A stretch of 64,000 bases of DNA, from positions 1,995 through 65,994 of the forward strand of contig DASWHR010000127.1 in the NCBI GenBank assembly GCA_036398095.1, in the 5' to 3' direction. The position numbers and the translations under genes were made by a program. This document shows, piece after piece, positions 1 to 9,141 of the stretch; the stretch's first letter is position 1, and every line of letters starts with the position of its first letter. Source of the stretch: Actinomycetota bacterium (GTDB lineage Bacteria > Actinomycetota > AC-67). Under the pieces are notes generated by a model that worked only from the letters and a program-made list of their open reading frames with translations, had not been told where the DNA came from and searched no databases.

Positions 1-1077
1 GGAGTCGCGCTGGAACTGGTTGCAACGAACCTGACCGAGCCGATCCATGTCACCAACGCCGGCGACGGCTCGGGGCGCCTGTTCATCGTCGAGCGGGCCG
101 GCATCGTCAAGATCGTTGACGACGGACAGGTTCTGGCGGACCCGTTCATCGACATCAGCGCGATCGTCGGGGACGGCTTCCTGGAGCAGGGCTTGCTCAG
201 CATCGCGTTCCATCCCGGCTACGCGACGAACGGCTCCGTCTTCCTCAGCTACACCGATCTGCTCGGCCGCAACGTGCTGGCGCGCTACCACGTGGACCAG
301 AGCGACGCGAACAAGCTCGATCCGGGAAGCGCCGAAATCCTGCTCACCCAGCTTCAGCCGTTCCTGAACCACAACGGCGGCTTGGCGTTGTTCGGACCCG
401 ACGGATACCTCTACATGGGGATCGGCGACGGCGGGACGGCGAACGATCCGGCTTTCAACGGCCAGAACGCGCAGACGCTGCTCGGCACGATCATCCGCAT
501 CGACGTGGACGTGCCCTCCGGCTACGCGATCCCGCCGGACAATCCGTTCGTCGGGAATCCCGCGGCCTCCGGCGAGGTCTGGGCCTACGGCCTGCGCAAC
601 CCGTGGCGGTTCTCATTCGACGCGGCGACCGGCGACCTCTACATCGCCGATGTCGGCCAGAACGTGTGGGAAGAGATCAACGTGGCGGCTGCTTCGAGTC
701 CCGGCGGCGAAAACTACGGCTGGAACCGTTACGAAGGAAATCACGAATTCCAGATCGAGCTGTTCCCGCCGATCACCCCGTATGTGTTCCCCGCGCTCGA
801 GTACAACCACGACGAAGGCTGCTCGGTCACAGGCGGCGACGTGTATCGCGGTCCGACGCTGACGGCGCTGACCGGCGCCTACGTCTTCGGCGACTATTGC
901 ACCGGCCGGATCTGGAGCATGACGCAGACGGGATCGACGTGGAGCAAGACGCAACTGCTTGCCTCGAGCTTGGGCATCAGCAGCTTCGGCACCGACGAGG
1001 CCGGCGAGATCTACGTCGCGCACCTAGGCTTGGCGCTGGGCGGCCCCGGCGCCGTCTACAAACTCGTCGCCGCATAG
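1..1077 (+). CDS. PQQ-dependent sugar dehydrogenase (soluble aldose/sorbosone dehydrogenase family), 5' partial
   Basis: Frame 1 is open from base 1 (GVALELVATNLTEPIHVTNAGDGSGRLFIVERAG...). It runs into the listed ORF 193..1077. Beta-propeller motifs are typical of the family: HNGGxLxFGPDGYLYxGxGDGG, GLRNPWRFSFD, DVGQNxWEEIN. Confidence 0.85.
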   Translation, partial: GVALELVATNLTEPIHVTNAGDGSGRLFIVERAGIVKIVDDGQVLADPFIDISAIVGDGFLEQGLLSIAFHPGYATNGSVFLSYTDLLGRNVLARYHVDQSDANKLDPGSAEILLTQLQPFLNHNGGLALFGPDGYLYMGIGDGGTANDPAFNGQNAQTLLGTIIRIDVDVPSGYAIPPDNPFVGNPAASGEVWAYGLRNPWRFSFDAATGDLYIADVGQNVWEEINVAAASSPGGENYGWNRYEGNHEFQIELFPPITPYVFPALEYNHDEGCSVTGGDVYRGPTLTALTGAYVFGDYCTGRIWSMTQTGSTWSKTQLLASSLGISSFGTDEAGEIYVAHLGLALGGPGAVYKLVAA

Positions 1078-1084
1078 CGCCGGG

Positions 1085-1999
1085 TCACGGAAGACGCTTG
1101 GTCCAGCGCGTGTAGCTGCGGCGCACCTTCATGCCGGCGTGCTCGTAGAGCGCGAGCGCGCCCGTGCGGGAGTCGGTCGACAGCCCGCAGCGCCGGCGGC
1201 CGGCTGCGTAGACGCGTCGAAACGACTCATGCAGCAGCGCGCGACCCAGCCCCAGGCGGCGGTGCTCGCGGGCGACGGCCACCTGATGGATCCAGCCTTC
1301 GTCGTTGCCGTGATAGTCCAGGCCGATCGCAACGCCGGCGATCGCATCGCCGCGCACGATCAGCGGTGACATCGCCGGAGCGAACGCGCTTCGCGCCGTC
1401 GCGATCGCGCGCCACGCCTCGAACGAGGATGGCTCGCGTCCCGGCCACTCGTTGAAGGCGTCTTCGATCACGCGATAGACGGCAGGTTCGTCGGCGTCGC
1501 GATAGCTGCGAATGGCAAAGCCGTCGGGGAGAACCGGCGCCGCGGGTGGTTCGCCGAGATCGATTGAAAGGATCCACGAAGTCCAGCGCGACTCGTACCC
1601 GTGCGCCCGAAGCAGCGCGACCGCATCGGTTCGGACGTCGGGAAGGGTTTGGCCGATCTCGTCGCGACCGGCGGCGCGCGTGCGCTCCCACGTCCACCGC
1701 ATCAGGCGCGCACCGATGCCCCGGCCGCGCCATGCGGGATGCACGTCGGTGTCGGATCGCCCTTCGAAGACCTCGCCGACGGCAACCAAATCGCGCCCGT
1801 GGAAGACGCCCAGGGTATCCACCGCAAGGTCGAAGCCGGGACGCCTCCAGTGATCGGCCACATCGGACGCGTCGATCTCGACGGTTCCGTCGTCGTCACG
1901 CTCGCACGCGGCGACGACGGCAACGACCGCCTCGACATCGTCGAGGGACAGCGACCGAAACGCTAGTGGATCCAGACGGGGGTGCCGATCGGCGTCCAC
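1085..1999 (-). CDS. GNAT family N-acetyltransferase with two acetyltransferase-like halves
   Basis: This is the C-terminal about 300 codons of the fused 597-aa ORF. It carries GNAT signatures (RGRGIGARLM, HRRLGLGRALL, YEHAGM). The start is assigned to the in-frame GTG at 1999 and is uncertain. Confidence 0.7.
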   Translation of the reverse strand: MDADRHPRLDPLAFRSLSLDDVEAVVAVVAACERDDDGTVEIDASDVADHWRRPGFDLAVDTLGVFHGRDLVAVGEVFEGRSDTDVHPAWRGRGIGARLMRWTWERTRAAGRDEIGQTLPDVRTDAVALLRAHGYESRWTSWILSIDLGEPPAAPVLPDGFAIRSYRDADEPAVYRVIEDAFNEWPGREPSSFEAWRAIATARSAFAPAMSPLIVRGDAIAGVAIGLDYHGNDEGWIHQVAVAREHRRLGLGRALLHESFRRVYAAGRRRCGLSTDSRTGALALYEHAGMKVRRSYTRWTKRLP

Positions 2000-2571
2000 G
2001 AGTACAGCCGCTTCGCGTTGGCGGGGCCGATGCGAATGCAGCCGTGTGAATCGGGCCGTCCCAGCTTGGACGCGCCGATCAGTCGCTTCGGGTTGCTGTA
2101 CGGGAGCGAGTGAAGGTTGTAGTTCGAATAGAAGTTCATCGCGTACGGCATCCACACCTTCCATTTGCGCGACCACCACTTGGTGCCTTTCGCGCGAACC
2201 TTGAACGTCCCCTTCGGCGTGCGGTATCCGGGACGCCCGGTCGAAACCTTGAAGGCCATCACCGCGCGTCCGTTCTCCCACGCGGTGATCGTCTGCGAAC
2301 CGATCGCGACTTCGATCATCTTTCCGGTGGCGGGAACCTTCGCCGGCTTCGCGCCGGCGACCGGCTTGGCGGCCGGCGGCTTGGCCGCAACGGGCTTCGC
2401 CTCGCCGGCCGGAGGCCCGAACAAGGTCGCATCGACCGCGACGGCCCCCGATCCCGGCGCCGACCAACTGCCCGGCGGCGAGGATGCGGTGGCGATCGGC
2501 TGCGGCGCGGTCGCCAGGGACGTCACGACCATGGCCCCCAGAATGGCGGCGGTCGTCAAGACACGTTTCAC
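1963..2571 (-). CDS. secreted L,D-transpeptidase (YkuD domain)
   Basis: The catalytic motif SHGCIRIG sits near the C-terminus. The N-terminal signal/TM segment is VKRVLTTAAILGAMVVTSLATA. The start is moved to GTG 2571 because GGAGGAGG lies 5 nt upstream of it; the listed ORF start at 2628 has no SD. Confidence 0.85.
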   Translation of the reverse strand: MKRVLTTAAILGAMVVTSLATAPQPIATASSPPGSWSAPGSGAVAVDATLFGPPAGEAKPVAAKPPAAKPVAGAKPAKVPATGKMIEVAIGSQTITAWENGRAVMAFKVSTGRPGYRTPKGTFKVRAKGTKWWSRKWKVWMPYAMNFYSNYNLHSLPYSNPKRLIGASKLGRPDSHGCIRIGPANAKRLYSWTPIGTPVWIH

Positions 2572-2688
2572 GGGAACCTCCTCCCCCCTTCGAGCCGGTT
2601 TCCGGCCCGTCGATGAGGTCATCGGCACAGAAATCCACCACTTGAGGGCAAACGGATCGTACGGGCGAACCCGGGCGGGAGCAAGGGT

Positions 2689-3750
2689 CTAGCGACCGGC
2701 CGGCTCCCGCAGAGCGGCACCGGCGAACTCTCGCATGCCGTCGGCGAACCTCACGCGGGCCCTGAAGCCAAGCACGCGCGCCGCGCGTTCGGGCGAAGCG
2801 AAGACGTGCCGGACGTCGCCCGCGCGAAAGCGACCGCACACGACCGGGGCCGGCGCCACCCCTCCGGTCGCCGACCACAGCGCATGCGCCATCTCCCCGA
2901 TGGTGTGCGGCTCGCCCGACGCGACGTTGAACGCGCCCACGGCCGGCCGGGACGCAGCGATTGCGACCGCGTTGGCTCGCGCCACGTCACGCACGTGCAC
3001 GAAGTCGCGGACCTGCCGTCCGTCTTCGAACACCTGCGGCGCCTCTCCGCGCTCCAGCGCGCTTCGAAAGATGCTCGCCACGCCGGCGTAGGGCGTATCG
3101 CGAGGCATTCCCGGCCCGTACACGTTGTGATAGCGGAGCACGGTCAGCGGAATGTTCCGCTCGCGCGCGAGCGCCGCACACAAGTGCTCTTGATGAAGCT
3201 TCGTGGCGGCGTAGACGTTGCGCGGATCAGCCGGCGCCGATTCGGGAACGGCCTCGGGCTCCAGGTCGTTGCCGCACGCCGGGCACAGCGGGTCGAAGCG
3301 GCCGGACGCGAGCATCTTTGTCGAGCGTGGGTGCGGGGCGACCTGACCGTCGCGCGTGCAGCGCCAGCCGCCTTCGCCGTAGACGACCATGCTCGATGCG
3401 AGCACCATCCGGCCGTGGAAACCGGCGGCATCCATTCCCCACAGCAACGTCGCGGTCCCTTGATCATTGTGCGACACGTAATCGCGGACGTCGGCGAAGT
3501 TCACCCCCAGCCCCACCATCGCCGCTTGATGACAGACCACGTCGATACCGCGCAGCGCGGAAAGCACGGTTTCGGGATCGCGCAGGTCGCCGATGATGAC
3601 CTCGGCGGCGGGATCGGCCGACGGCATCCCGGCGTGCGCACCGGGATGAAGATTGTCGAGAATCCGAACACACGCACCGTCGGCGAGGAGCGCATCGACG
3701 ATGTGGGACCCGATGAAGCCGAGCCCCCCGGTCACGAGGATGTTCACCAT
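2689..3750 (-). CDS. NAD-dependent epimerase/dehydratase (SDR family)
   Basis: Starts MVNILVTGGLGFIGSH (Rossmann GxxGxxG) and has the catalytic YAATK motif. Only the 3' 353 codons of the 744-aa ORF look protein-like. The ATG is at 3750. Confidence 0.9.
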   Translation of the reverse strand: MVNILVTGGLGFIGSHIVDALLADGACVRILDNLHPGAHAGMPSADPAAEVIIGDLRDPETVLSALRGIDVVCHQAAMVGLGVNFADVRDYVSHNDQGTATLLWGMDAAGFHGRMVLASSMVVYGEGGWRCTRDGQVAPHPRSTKMLASGRFDPLCPACGNDLEPEAVPESAPADPRNVYAATKLHQEHLCAALARERNIPLTVLRYHNVYGPGMPRDTPYAGVASIFRSALERGEAPQVFEDGRQVRDFVHVRDVARANAVAIAASRPAVGAFNVASGEPHTIGEMAHALWSATGGVAPAPVVCGRFRAGDVRHVFASPERAARVLGFRARVRFADGMREFAGAALREPAGR

Positions 3751-5051
3751 GGCGTCGCGATCATCGTTTGAACGCCGAGGGCGACGGCGATCTGCGCCGC
3801 CAACCATGCGCGCCGATTGGGAAGCGCCGCGCACGCGATCACCAGCCACGGCACGAACAGCAGCCAGATCCGTTCGGTTTCCCCCTTCGACATGCCCGAA
3901 AGGTCGGCCAGCGCGACGGCCGCGACACCTCCCGCGACGAGGGCGCCGGCAGCATGCCGGCGCATTCGGACCATCGCCGCGGCGGCAGCCGGTCCGATCG
4001 CCAGGCCCAATGCTCCCAGATTCGCAGCGAGCGAGAACCAGTAGCCGCGGTCCTGCGCCACACCCGACAGATACGCGCGGCGCGTCGCCAGCAGGCCTGC
4101 CGGCCACCAAAATCCCGCCGCCGCGAACACGGCAAGCACCATCAGCGTGCCGGTGACGAACGAAGCGGCGCAGTCGAGCCGGCGGCGTCGCCACGCAATC
4201 GCCGCGGGGACGGCGGCGAGAAGGACCGCGCCGTAGGTCAGCATCATTGCGATGCCCATCAGCACGCCGCCGGCGGCGGCGGCACCGCGCGATCGGGCAC
4301 CCTCTCGGCCGGTCGCGATCACGCCGAGGGCGACCGCCCAGGCGCCCACGCCCGCGAAGAGCGCGTCCGCCGACGTCGCGATCCACACGGCCGCCGGCGC
4401 AAAGACAAGGAAGGGCGTCGCGGCGCGCGCCGCCGGTTCGCCGGCCACTTCGCGCACCGCGATCATGGCTGCGGCAACGGCCGCCGCACCGCCGCCGATC
4501 ATCATCGCCGCCGCCCAGCCGGCGCCGCCCAGCCCGGCGCGCGACATGGCCCACAGCAGCAGCGGCATCCCCGGCGGATGGCCCCGCACATGCGTTCCGT
4601 ACCCGGCGAGCGAGTCCGAGAACGACCCGAGAAACCGCGACGGGGAGTCCAGAGCCGCGGCCGTCGTCAAGTATTCGCCGGCCCGGCGCACCGGTTCGGT
4701 GAGCGCTGCGAACCCGTCGGCTCCGGCCAACGCGACTGCCCACGCCGCCGCCGCCACCGGGGCCACGAAACACAGGGCGCGCCAGGATGCTCGATCCGCA
4801 ACGCCTGGCAGCAGCCGCCACCCGATCAGGCCCGCGGCGATCGGCACCACCGTCGCCGCTCCGATGCGCGGATCCCAAGGGCCCAGCACGCCCGGCAACG
4901 CGAGCAGGACCAGCAGCGCCCACGCGCCGACGGCGATGCGTTCGTTGCGCGCGGCCGGGATGACGGCGGCGAATCGTTCGGCGGTGACGGACATCGCAGC
5001 GATGCTAGCCCCCTGCTCGTCGAGGCGCGACGCGACAGCGCCGTTCGTCAT
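3744..5051 (-). CDS. polytopic integral membrane protein, possible GT-C-type glycosyltransferase
   Basis: 435-aa ORF with at least 10 hydrophobic segments rich in Ala/Gly/Leu. Its stop overlaps the epimerase start (ATGGTGA). It is divergent from a GT2 gene. The start could instead be ATG 4994. Confidence 0.6.
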   Translation of the reverse strand: MTNGAVASRLDEQGASIAAMSVTAERFAAVIPAARNERIAVGAWALLVLLALPGVLGPWDPRIGAATVVPIAAGLIGWRLLPGVADRASWRALCFVAPVAAAAWAVALAGADGFAALTEPVRRAGEYLTTAAALDSPSRFLGSFSDSLAGYGTHVRGHPPGMPLLLWAMSRAGLGGAGWAAAMMIGGGAAAVAAAMIAVREVAGEPAARAATPFLVFAPAAVWIATSADALFAGVGAWAVALGVIATGREGARSRGAAAAGGVLMGIAMMLTYGAVLLAAVPAAIAWRRRRLDCAASFVTGTLMVLAVFAAAGFWWPAGLLATRRAYLSGVAQDRGYWFSLAANLGALGLAIGPAAAAAMVRMRRHAAGALVAGGVAAVALADLSGMSKGETERIWLLFVPWLVIACAALPNRRAWLAAQIAVALGVQTMIATPW

Positions 5052-5106
5052 GGAAACGTAAGCATTCGTTCATCGGCAGCCAAGATCTTCCCCCTACGCT
5101 CGCCCC

Positions 5107-5760
5107 ATGGTTGACGTGATCTTGCCGGTCTTGAACGAAGCCGAGGCGCTGCCGTGGGTGCTCGGCCGAATGCCGGCCGGCTATCGCTCGATCGTGGTCG
5201 ACAACGGATCGGGCGATGGATCGGATCGAATCGCGGCCGAACTGGGTGCGATCGTCGTCTTCGAGCCGCTGCGAGGATTCGGTGCCGCGTGCTTCGCGGG
5301 GCTGCTGGCCGCGAGCGGGCCGATCGTTTGCTTCATGGATTGCGACGGGTCGCTCGACCCCGCATCCCTGCCGCTGGTCACGGAAGCCATCACGCGCGGG
5401 CGAGCCGATCTCGCGATCGGATCCCGCCTGCCGGGAAGAGGGTCGATGCCCCTTCACGCCCGCGCAGGCAACGCCGCCCTCGCCAGAACGGTTCGCCGCC
5501 GCACCAGCGCGTCGGTGCGCGATCTCGGGCCGATGCGAGCCGCGCGGCGCGACGAGCTGCTCGCGCTGGGATTGACCGACCGTCGATTCGGCTGGCCGCT
5601 CGAGATGGTTCTGCGCGCCGCGAACGCCGGATGGCGCATCGCCGACGTCCCCGTTCCGTACGCCCCGAGGATGGGACGATCGAAGGTGACCGGAACGGTG
5701 GCAGGGACGATGCGAGCGGTGCGCGACATGCGTCGCATCCTCAAGACCATCGCACGATGA
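5107..5760 (+). CDS. glycosyltransferase family 2
   Basis: The N-terminus VILPVLNEAEALP and the DNGSGDGS and DCDGS (DxD-type) motifs are typical of a short GT2. Confidence 0.85.
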   Translation: MVDVILPVLNEAEALPWVLGRMPAGYRSIVVDNGSGDGSDRIAAELGAIVVFEPLRGFGAACFAGLLAASGPIVCFMDCDGSLDPASLPLVTEAITRGRADLAIGSRLPGRGSMPLHARAGNAALARTVRRRTSASVRDLGPMRAARRDELLALGLTDRRFGWPLEMVLRAANAGWRIADVPVPYAPRMGRSKVTGTVAGTMRAVRDMRRILKTIAR

Positions 5761-6470
5761 GACGGAATCAAAGACGCGACGAGGCGCCGGCATGCGTCCG
5801 CGTGATCGTGCTCGCGAAGGCTCCGATGCCCGGTCGAAGCAAAACGCGCCTGACGCCGCCGTGCACGCCGGCGGATGCGGCCGCGATCGCTCAGGCGGCG
5901 CTCGAGGACACGCTGCGTGCTGCGGAGCAGGCGAGCGATTCCCCGATGCCGCGGCTTTCCCCGATGCTGGCGTTGGATGGACCGGCGGGCGATTGGCTCC
6001 CACCCGGAATTGCCGTCGTCGCGCAGGCGCCCGGCTCCCTCAGCGAGCGCATCGCGGCCGCGTTCGACGCGGCCGGCGGACCGGCGCTCCTGATCGGCAT
6101 GGATACGCCGCAGATCTCCCCGGCGTGCCTGCGATCGGCTGCCGCCGCTTTGACCACACCAGGCTGCGATGCGGTGCTGGGCCCCGCGGAGGACGGCGGC
6201 TGGTGGTGTCTGGGGCTGCGCCGTCCGGAGCCGCGCATCACCCGAAGCATCACCCGGGGAGTGGCGATGTCAACGGCCCAGACCGGCGATGCACAACATC
6301 TCCGGCTGCATGCGCTCGGCCTTCGTCACTCCTTCCTGCCGTCGATGCGAGACGTTGACACCTTCGACGACGCGCTCGCGGTGGCCGCTCTCGCTCCCGG
6401 GACTCGATTCGCGGCCACGACCGCGCGCGTTCGGGAACGCATCGGCCACGCTGCCGCGCCGGTCGCATGA
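5757..6470 (+). CDS. DUF2064 (TIGR04282-like) nucleotidyl/glycosyl transferase-like protein
   Basis: ATG 5757 overlaps the GT2 stop (ATGA). Family motifs are present: VLAKAPMPGRSKTRL, GMDTPQ, GPAEDGGWW. Confidence 0.8.
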   Translation: MRRNQRRDEAPACVRVIVLAKAPMPGRSKTRLTPPCTPADAAAIAQAALEDTLRAAEQASDSPMPRLSPMLALDGPAGDWLPPGIAVVAQAPGSLSERIAAAFDAAGGPALLIGMDTPQISPACLRSAAAALTTPGCDAVLGPAEDGGWWCLGLRRPEPRITRSITRGVAMSTAQTGDAQHLRLHALGLRHSFLPSMRDVDTFDDALAVAALAPGTRFAATTARVRERIGHAAAPVA

Positions 6471-7642
6471 TGCGCCTGCCGGCTCCGCCCGATCGCCTTC
6501 GGCGCGGGCCATTTCGACCAGGTGCGTTCTCGATGCGGCTGCGCGACGAGCGAACCGCTGCGCTGCTGGGCGTGGCACTTGGCATCTCGGTGCTCATCCT
6601 CATGGCAACCGGACTCGTGTCACACCTCATCCAGCATCCGCCCGGGTGGCTCACCTGGCCGGCCCGCCCGGCCAACACATATCGGGTGACGCAAGGCATC
6701 CATGTCGCCGCGGGCATCGCGACGGTGCCGCTGCTGCTGGCGAAGCTGTTCGTGATCTATCCCAAGCTCTTCGTCTGGCCGCCGGCTCGAGACATCCCCC
6801 ACCTCATCGAGCGTCTCACGTTGTTCCCGCTGGTCGGCGGAACGCTGTTCATGCTCGCGTCCGGCCTGTGGAACGTCGCCGGCTTCGAACCGTGGGGCTT
6901 CTTCTTCCCCGTCGCCCACTACTGGGGCTCGTTCATCACCATCGGTGCGCTCATCACCCACGTCGCTGCCAAGGCCGCCGTCACGCGTCGCGGACTTTCG
7001 CGTCCTGCCGGCGGGGCCGGCGGGGCCGCCGCGCCCGAGGAGGCCGGACTGTCCCGGCGCGGGTTCATCGGCGCGATCGCAGCCGCTTCGGCAGCGCTGA
7101 CCGTGACCACGATCGGCCAAACCGTTTCACCGCTCCGACGCCTCGCGCTGCTGGCTCCTCGTGATCCGAAGACGGGGCCGCAGGGCGTCCCGGTCAACAA
7201 GACCGCCCGCGCCGCAGGCGTGATCGCCGCCGCAACCGATTCGGCGTGGCGACTCCGGATCGAGGGAAACGTGCCGGCGCCCTTGGAGCTCTCGCTCGAA
7301 GACGTGCGCGCCATGACGGCGCACACCGCCGATCTGCCGATCGCATGCGTGCAAGGGTGGAGCGCCCCGGCGCGATGGCGCGGCGTCCGCTTAGCCGACG
7401 TCCTCGACCGGGCCGGCGCGTCGCCGGACGCGAGCCTTCGCGTCGAATCGCTTCAGCCGGCCGGGCAGTATCGAGCCTCCAGCGTCAACCGGCTTCACGC
7501 TCGAGACCGCGACACCCTGCTCGCCTACGATCTTCACGGCGCGCCACTCCACCTGGACCACGGCTACCCGCTTCGACTGATCGGCCCGAACCGGCCGGGC
7601 GTGATGCAGACCAAGTGGGTGACGCGGCTGGTCGTCGAATGA
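6467..7642 (+). CDS. membrane-anchored molybdopterin-dependent oxidoreductase (sulfite-oxidase fold)
   Basis: N-terminal TM helices are followed by a Moco domain with the motifs CVQGWSAPARWRGVRLADVL and GYPLRLIGPNRPGVMQTKWV. ATGA overlap with the upstream gene. Confidence 0.8.
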   Translation: MMRLPAPPDRLRRGPFRPGAFSMRLRDERTAALLGVALGISVLILMATGLVSHLIQHPPGWLTWPARPANTYRVTQGIHVAAGIATVPLLLAKLFVIYPKLFVWPPARDIPHLIERLTLFPLVGGTLFMLASGLWNVAGFEPWGFFFPVAHYWGSFITIGALITHVAAKAAVTRRGLSRPAGGAGGAAAPEEAGLSRRGFIGAIAAASAALTVTTIGQTVSPLRRLALLAPRDPKTGPQGVPVNKTARAAGVIAAATDSAWRLRIEGNVPAPLELSLEDVRAMTAHTADLPIACVQGWSAPARWRGVRLADVLDRAGASPDASLRVESLQPAGQYRASSVNRLHARDRDTLLAYDLHGAPLHLDHGYPLRLIGPNRPGVMQTKWVTRLVVE

Positions 7643-8076
7643 AGCGCGGCCCGCTCTTTTGGTCCGGCGTCGCGATCGGATGGGCGTTCATCGCAGCCGG
7701 AGCGGTGGGCATGATCGCGCAGGCGCGCTTCGCCAAACCATCCGAGACGGCGTTGTGGATCGCCGGCGCCGTCCTCGCCCACGACGCGCTCGTCGCGCCG
7801 ATCGTCATCGTGATCGCCCATGCGTTGCGGCGCATCGTCGCACCGCGATGGCTTGCAGCAGCACAAGCCGGCTTGATCGGCTCCGCGATCGTAACTATCG
7901 CCACCCTGCCGATCGTGCTCCGCCTGGGTCGCCGCGCCGATAACCCGAGCCTGTTGCCGCGCGCCTACGGGACGGGACTTGCGGTCACGCTCGCCGTCGT
8001 GTGGTTGGTCATGGTGACTGCCGCGCTTCGCGCAGCGCGCCGTCACCCGCTCGGATCCGATTCAGAATCCGGGTGA
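7639..8076 (+). CDS. small integral membrane protein
   Basis: ATG 7639 overlaps the oxidoreductase stop (ATGA). It has 4 hydrophobic segments and high GC3. Confidence 0.6.
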   Translation: MKRGPLFWSGVAIGWAFIAAGAVGMIAQARFAKPSETALWIAGAVLAHDALVAPIVIVIAHALRRIVAPRWLAAAQAGLIGSAIVTIATLPIVLRLGRRADNPSLLPRAYGTGLAVTLAVVWLVMVTAALRAARRHPLGSDSESG

Positions 8077-8117
8077 TCGTGTGTGGAGTCCCGACCGGGC
8101 TCCGACGGCGGGGCCTT

Positions 8118-8258
8118 TCAGCAGCCGGGCTCGCCGGGGTGCCCGCAACACCCCGCCGCAAGCGCGCGCATGCGGTTCTTCGTCGCACGACGAAGCTTGT
8201 CGACGACCGGGCCCTCCGCCGTTTTCCAGTTCGAGAAGAAATCCTTCACGTATCCCAT
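8118..8258 (-). CDS. unlisted 46-aa Cys-rich small ORF (MGYVKDFFSNWKTAEGPVVDKLRRATKNRMRALAAGCCGHPGEPGC)
   Basis: Translated by hand. The ATG lies 17 nt downstream of the response-regulator stop on the same strand. GC3 is high. Four Cys fall in the last 10 residues. It is below the track length cut-off. Confidence 0.4.
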   Translation of the reverse strand: MGYVKDFFSNWKTAEGPVVDKLRRATKNRMRALAAGCCGHPGEPGC

Positions 8259-8274
8259 CACACCGGCCTTCCGG

Positions 8275-8982
8275 TCAGACGGCAGCGAGCCGGAAGCCCA
8301 CGCCGTGCACCGTCTCGATGTAACGCGGTTCCTTCACATCGTCCGACAGCTTCTTGCGCAGCGAGGACATATGCACGTCGAGGGTCTTCGCAGCCTCGGC
8401 GGGCGTGGCGTTCCACACGGCCCGGACGATCTCATCGCGGCGCACGACCGCACCGGGCCGCTGCATCAACATCCGGAGCAGCTCGAACTCCTTTTGGGTC
8501 AACGTCACCTCTGCACCGGCTCGATGACAGCGGTAGGTGGCCGTGTCCAACGTCAAGTCCTTGAACGAGAGCGTGTCGGGATGAACGGCGGGAGGACCGC
8601 CGGCGCGACGCGCGACGGCGCGAACGCGAGCGACCAGCTCCGGCAAGGAGAACGGCTTGACCACATAGTCGTCGGCTCCCAATTCCAGGCCGACGACGCG
8701 TTCGGATTCACCGCCGCGCGCCGTCACCATGATGATCGGGATTCCGGTGCTCGATCGAATCCGCTGAGCGACGTCCCGCCCGTCGATATCGGGCAGCCCG
8801 AGATCGAGCAAAATCACGTCCGGGCGCCACGTGCGTGCGAGCTTCTCAGCGTCGGCCCCCGTTCCGCATACCGAAACGACGTAGCCTTCTCGCTCGAGCG
8901 CATGACGAACGGCGCGCGCCAACTCCTCCTCGTCGTCGACGACGAGAATTCGCAACGGCCCACCGCTCGCAGGTCCACTCAT
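8275..8982 (-). CDS. OmpR/PhoB-family response regulator
   Basis: The receiver domain has ILVVDDEE, LLDLGLPDIDG and the KPF motif. The C-terminus is a winged helix (LTQKEFELL, TVHGVGFRL). The start is taken as ATG 8982 (MSGPASGG). Confidence 0.9.
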   Translation of the reverse strand: MSGPASGGPLRILVVDDEEELARAVRHALEREGYVVSVCGTGADAEKLARTWRPDVILLDLGLPDIDGRDVAQRIRSSTGIPIIMVTARGGESERVVGLELGADDYVVKPFSLPELVARVRAVARRAGGPPAVHPDTLSFKDLTLDTATYRCHRAGAEVTLTQKEFELLRMLMQRPGAVVRRDEIVRAVWNATPAEAAKTLDVHMSSLRKKLSDDVKEPRYIETVHGVGFRLAAV

Positions 8983-9141
8983 GTCGGGTATCGATCGCTC
9001 CGGCCGTATTCTAGTGAACGCATTCGCTCTGCGGCGTTCGCCGGGAGATCCGCCTCCCCGTATTGGGAAGATCACGGCGATGGGTTAGCATCGGGGCTCA
9101 ACCGAAGGCGCAGATCACAACAGAGTCCATGGGAGGTCACG

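Noticed and set aside
3751-4923. Upstream 390 codons of the 744-aa minus-strand ORF 2689..4923.
   Set aside because: The translation is Arg/Gly/Ala-rich low-complexity sequence typical of an out-of-frame read of a GC-rich gene. The real product of this DNA is the membrane protein in the 3744..5051 frame. The epimerase begins at its Rossmann motif (ATG 3750).
8083-9141. 5' two-thirds of plus-strand ORF 8083..9717.
   Set aside because: It is antisense to the well-supported response regulator. Only the segment from ATG 9142 (SD GGGAGG) has protein-like sequence.
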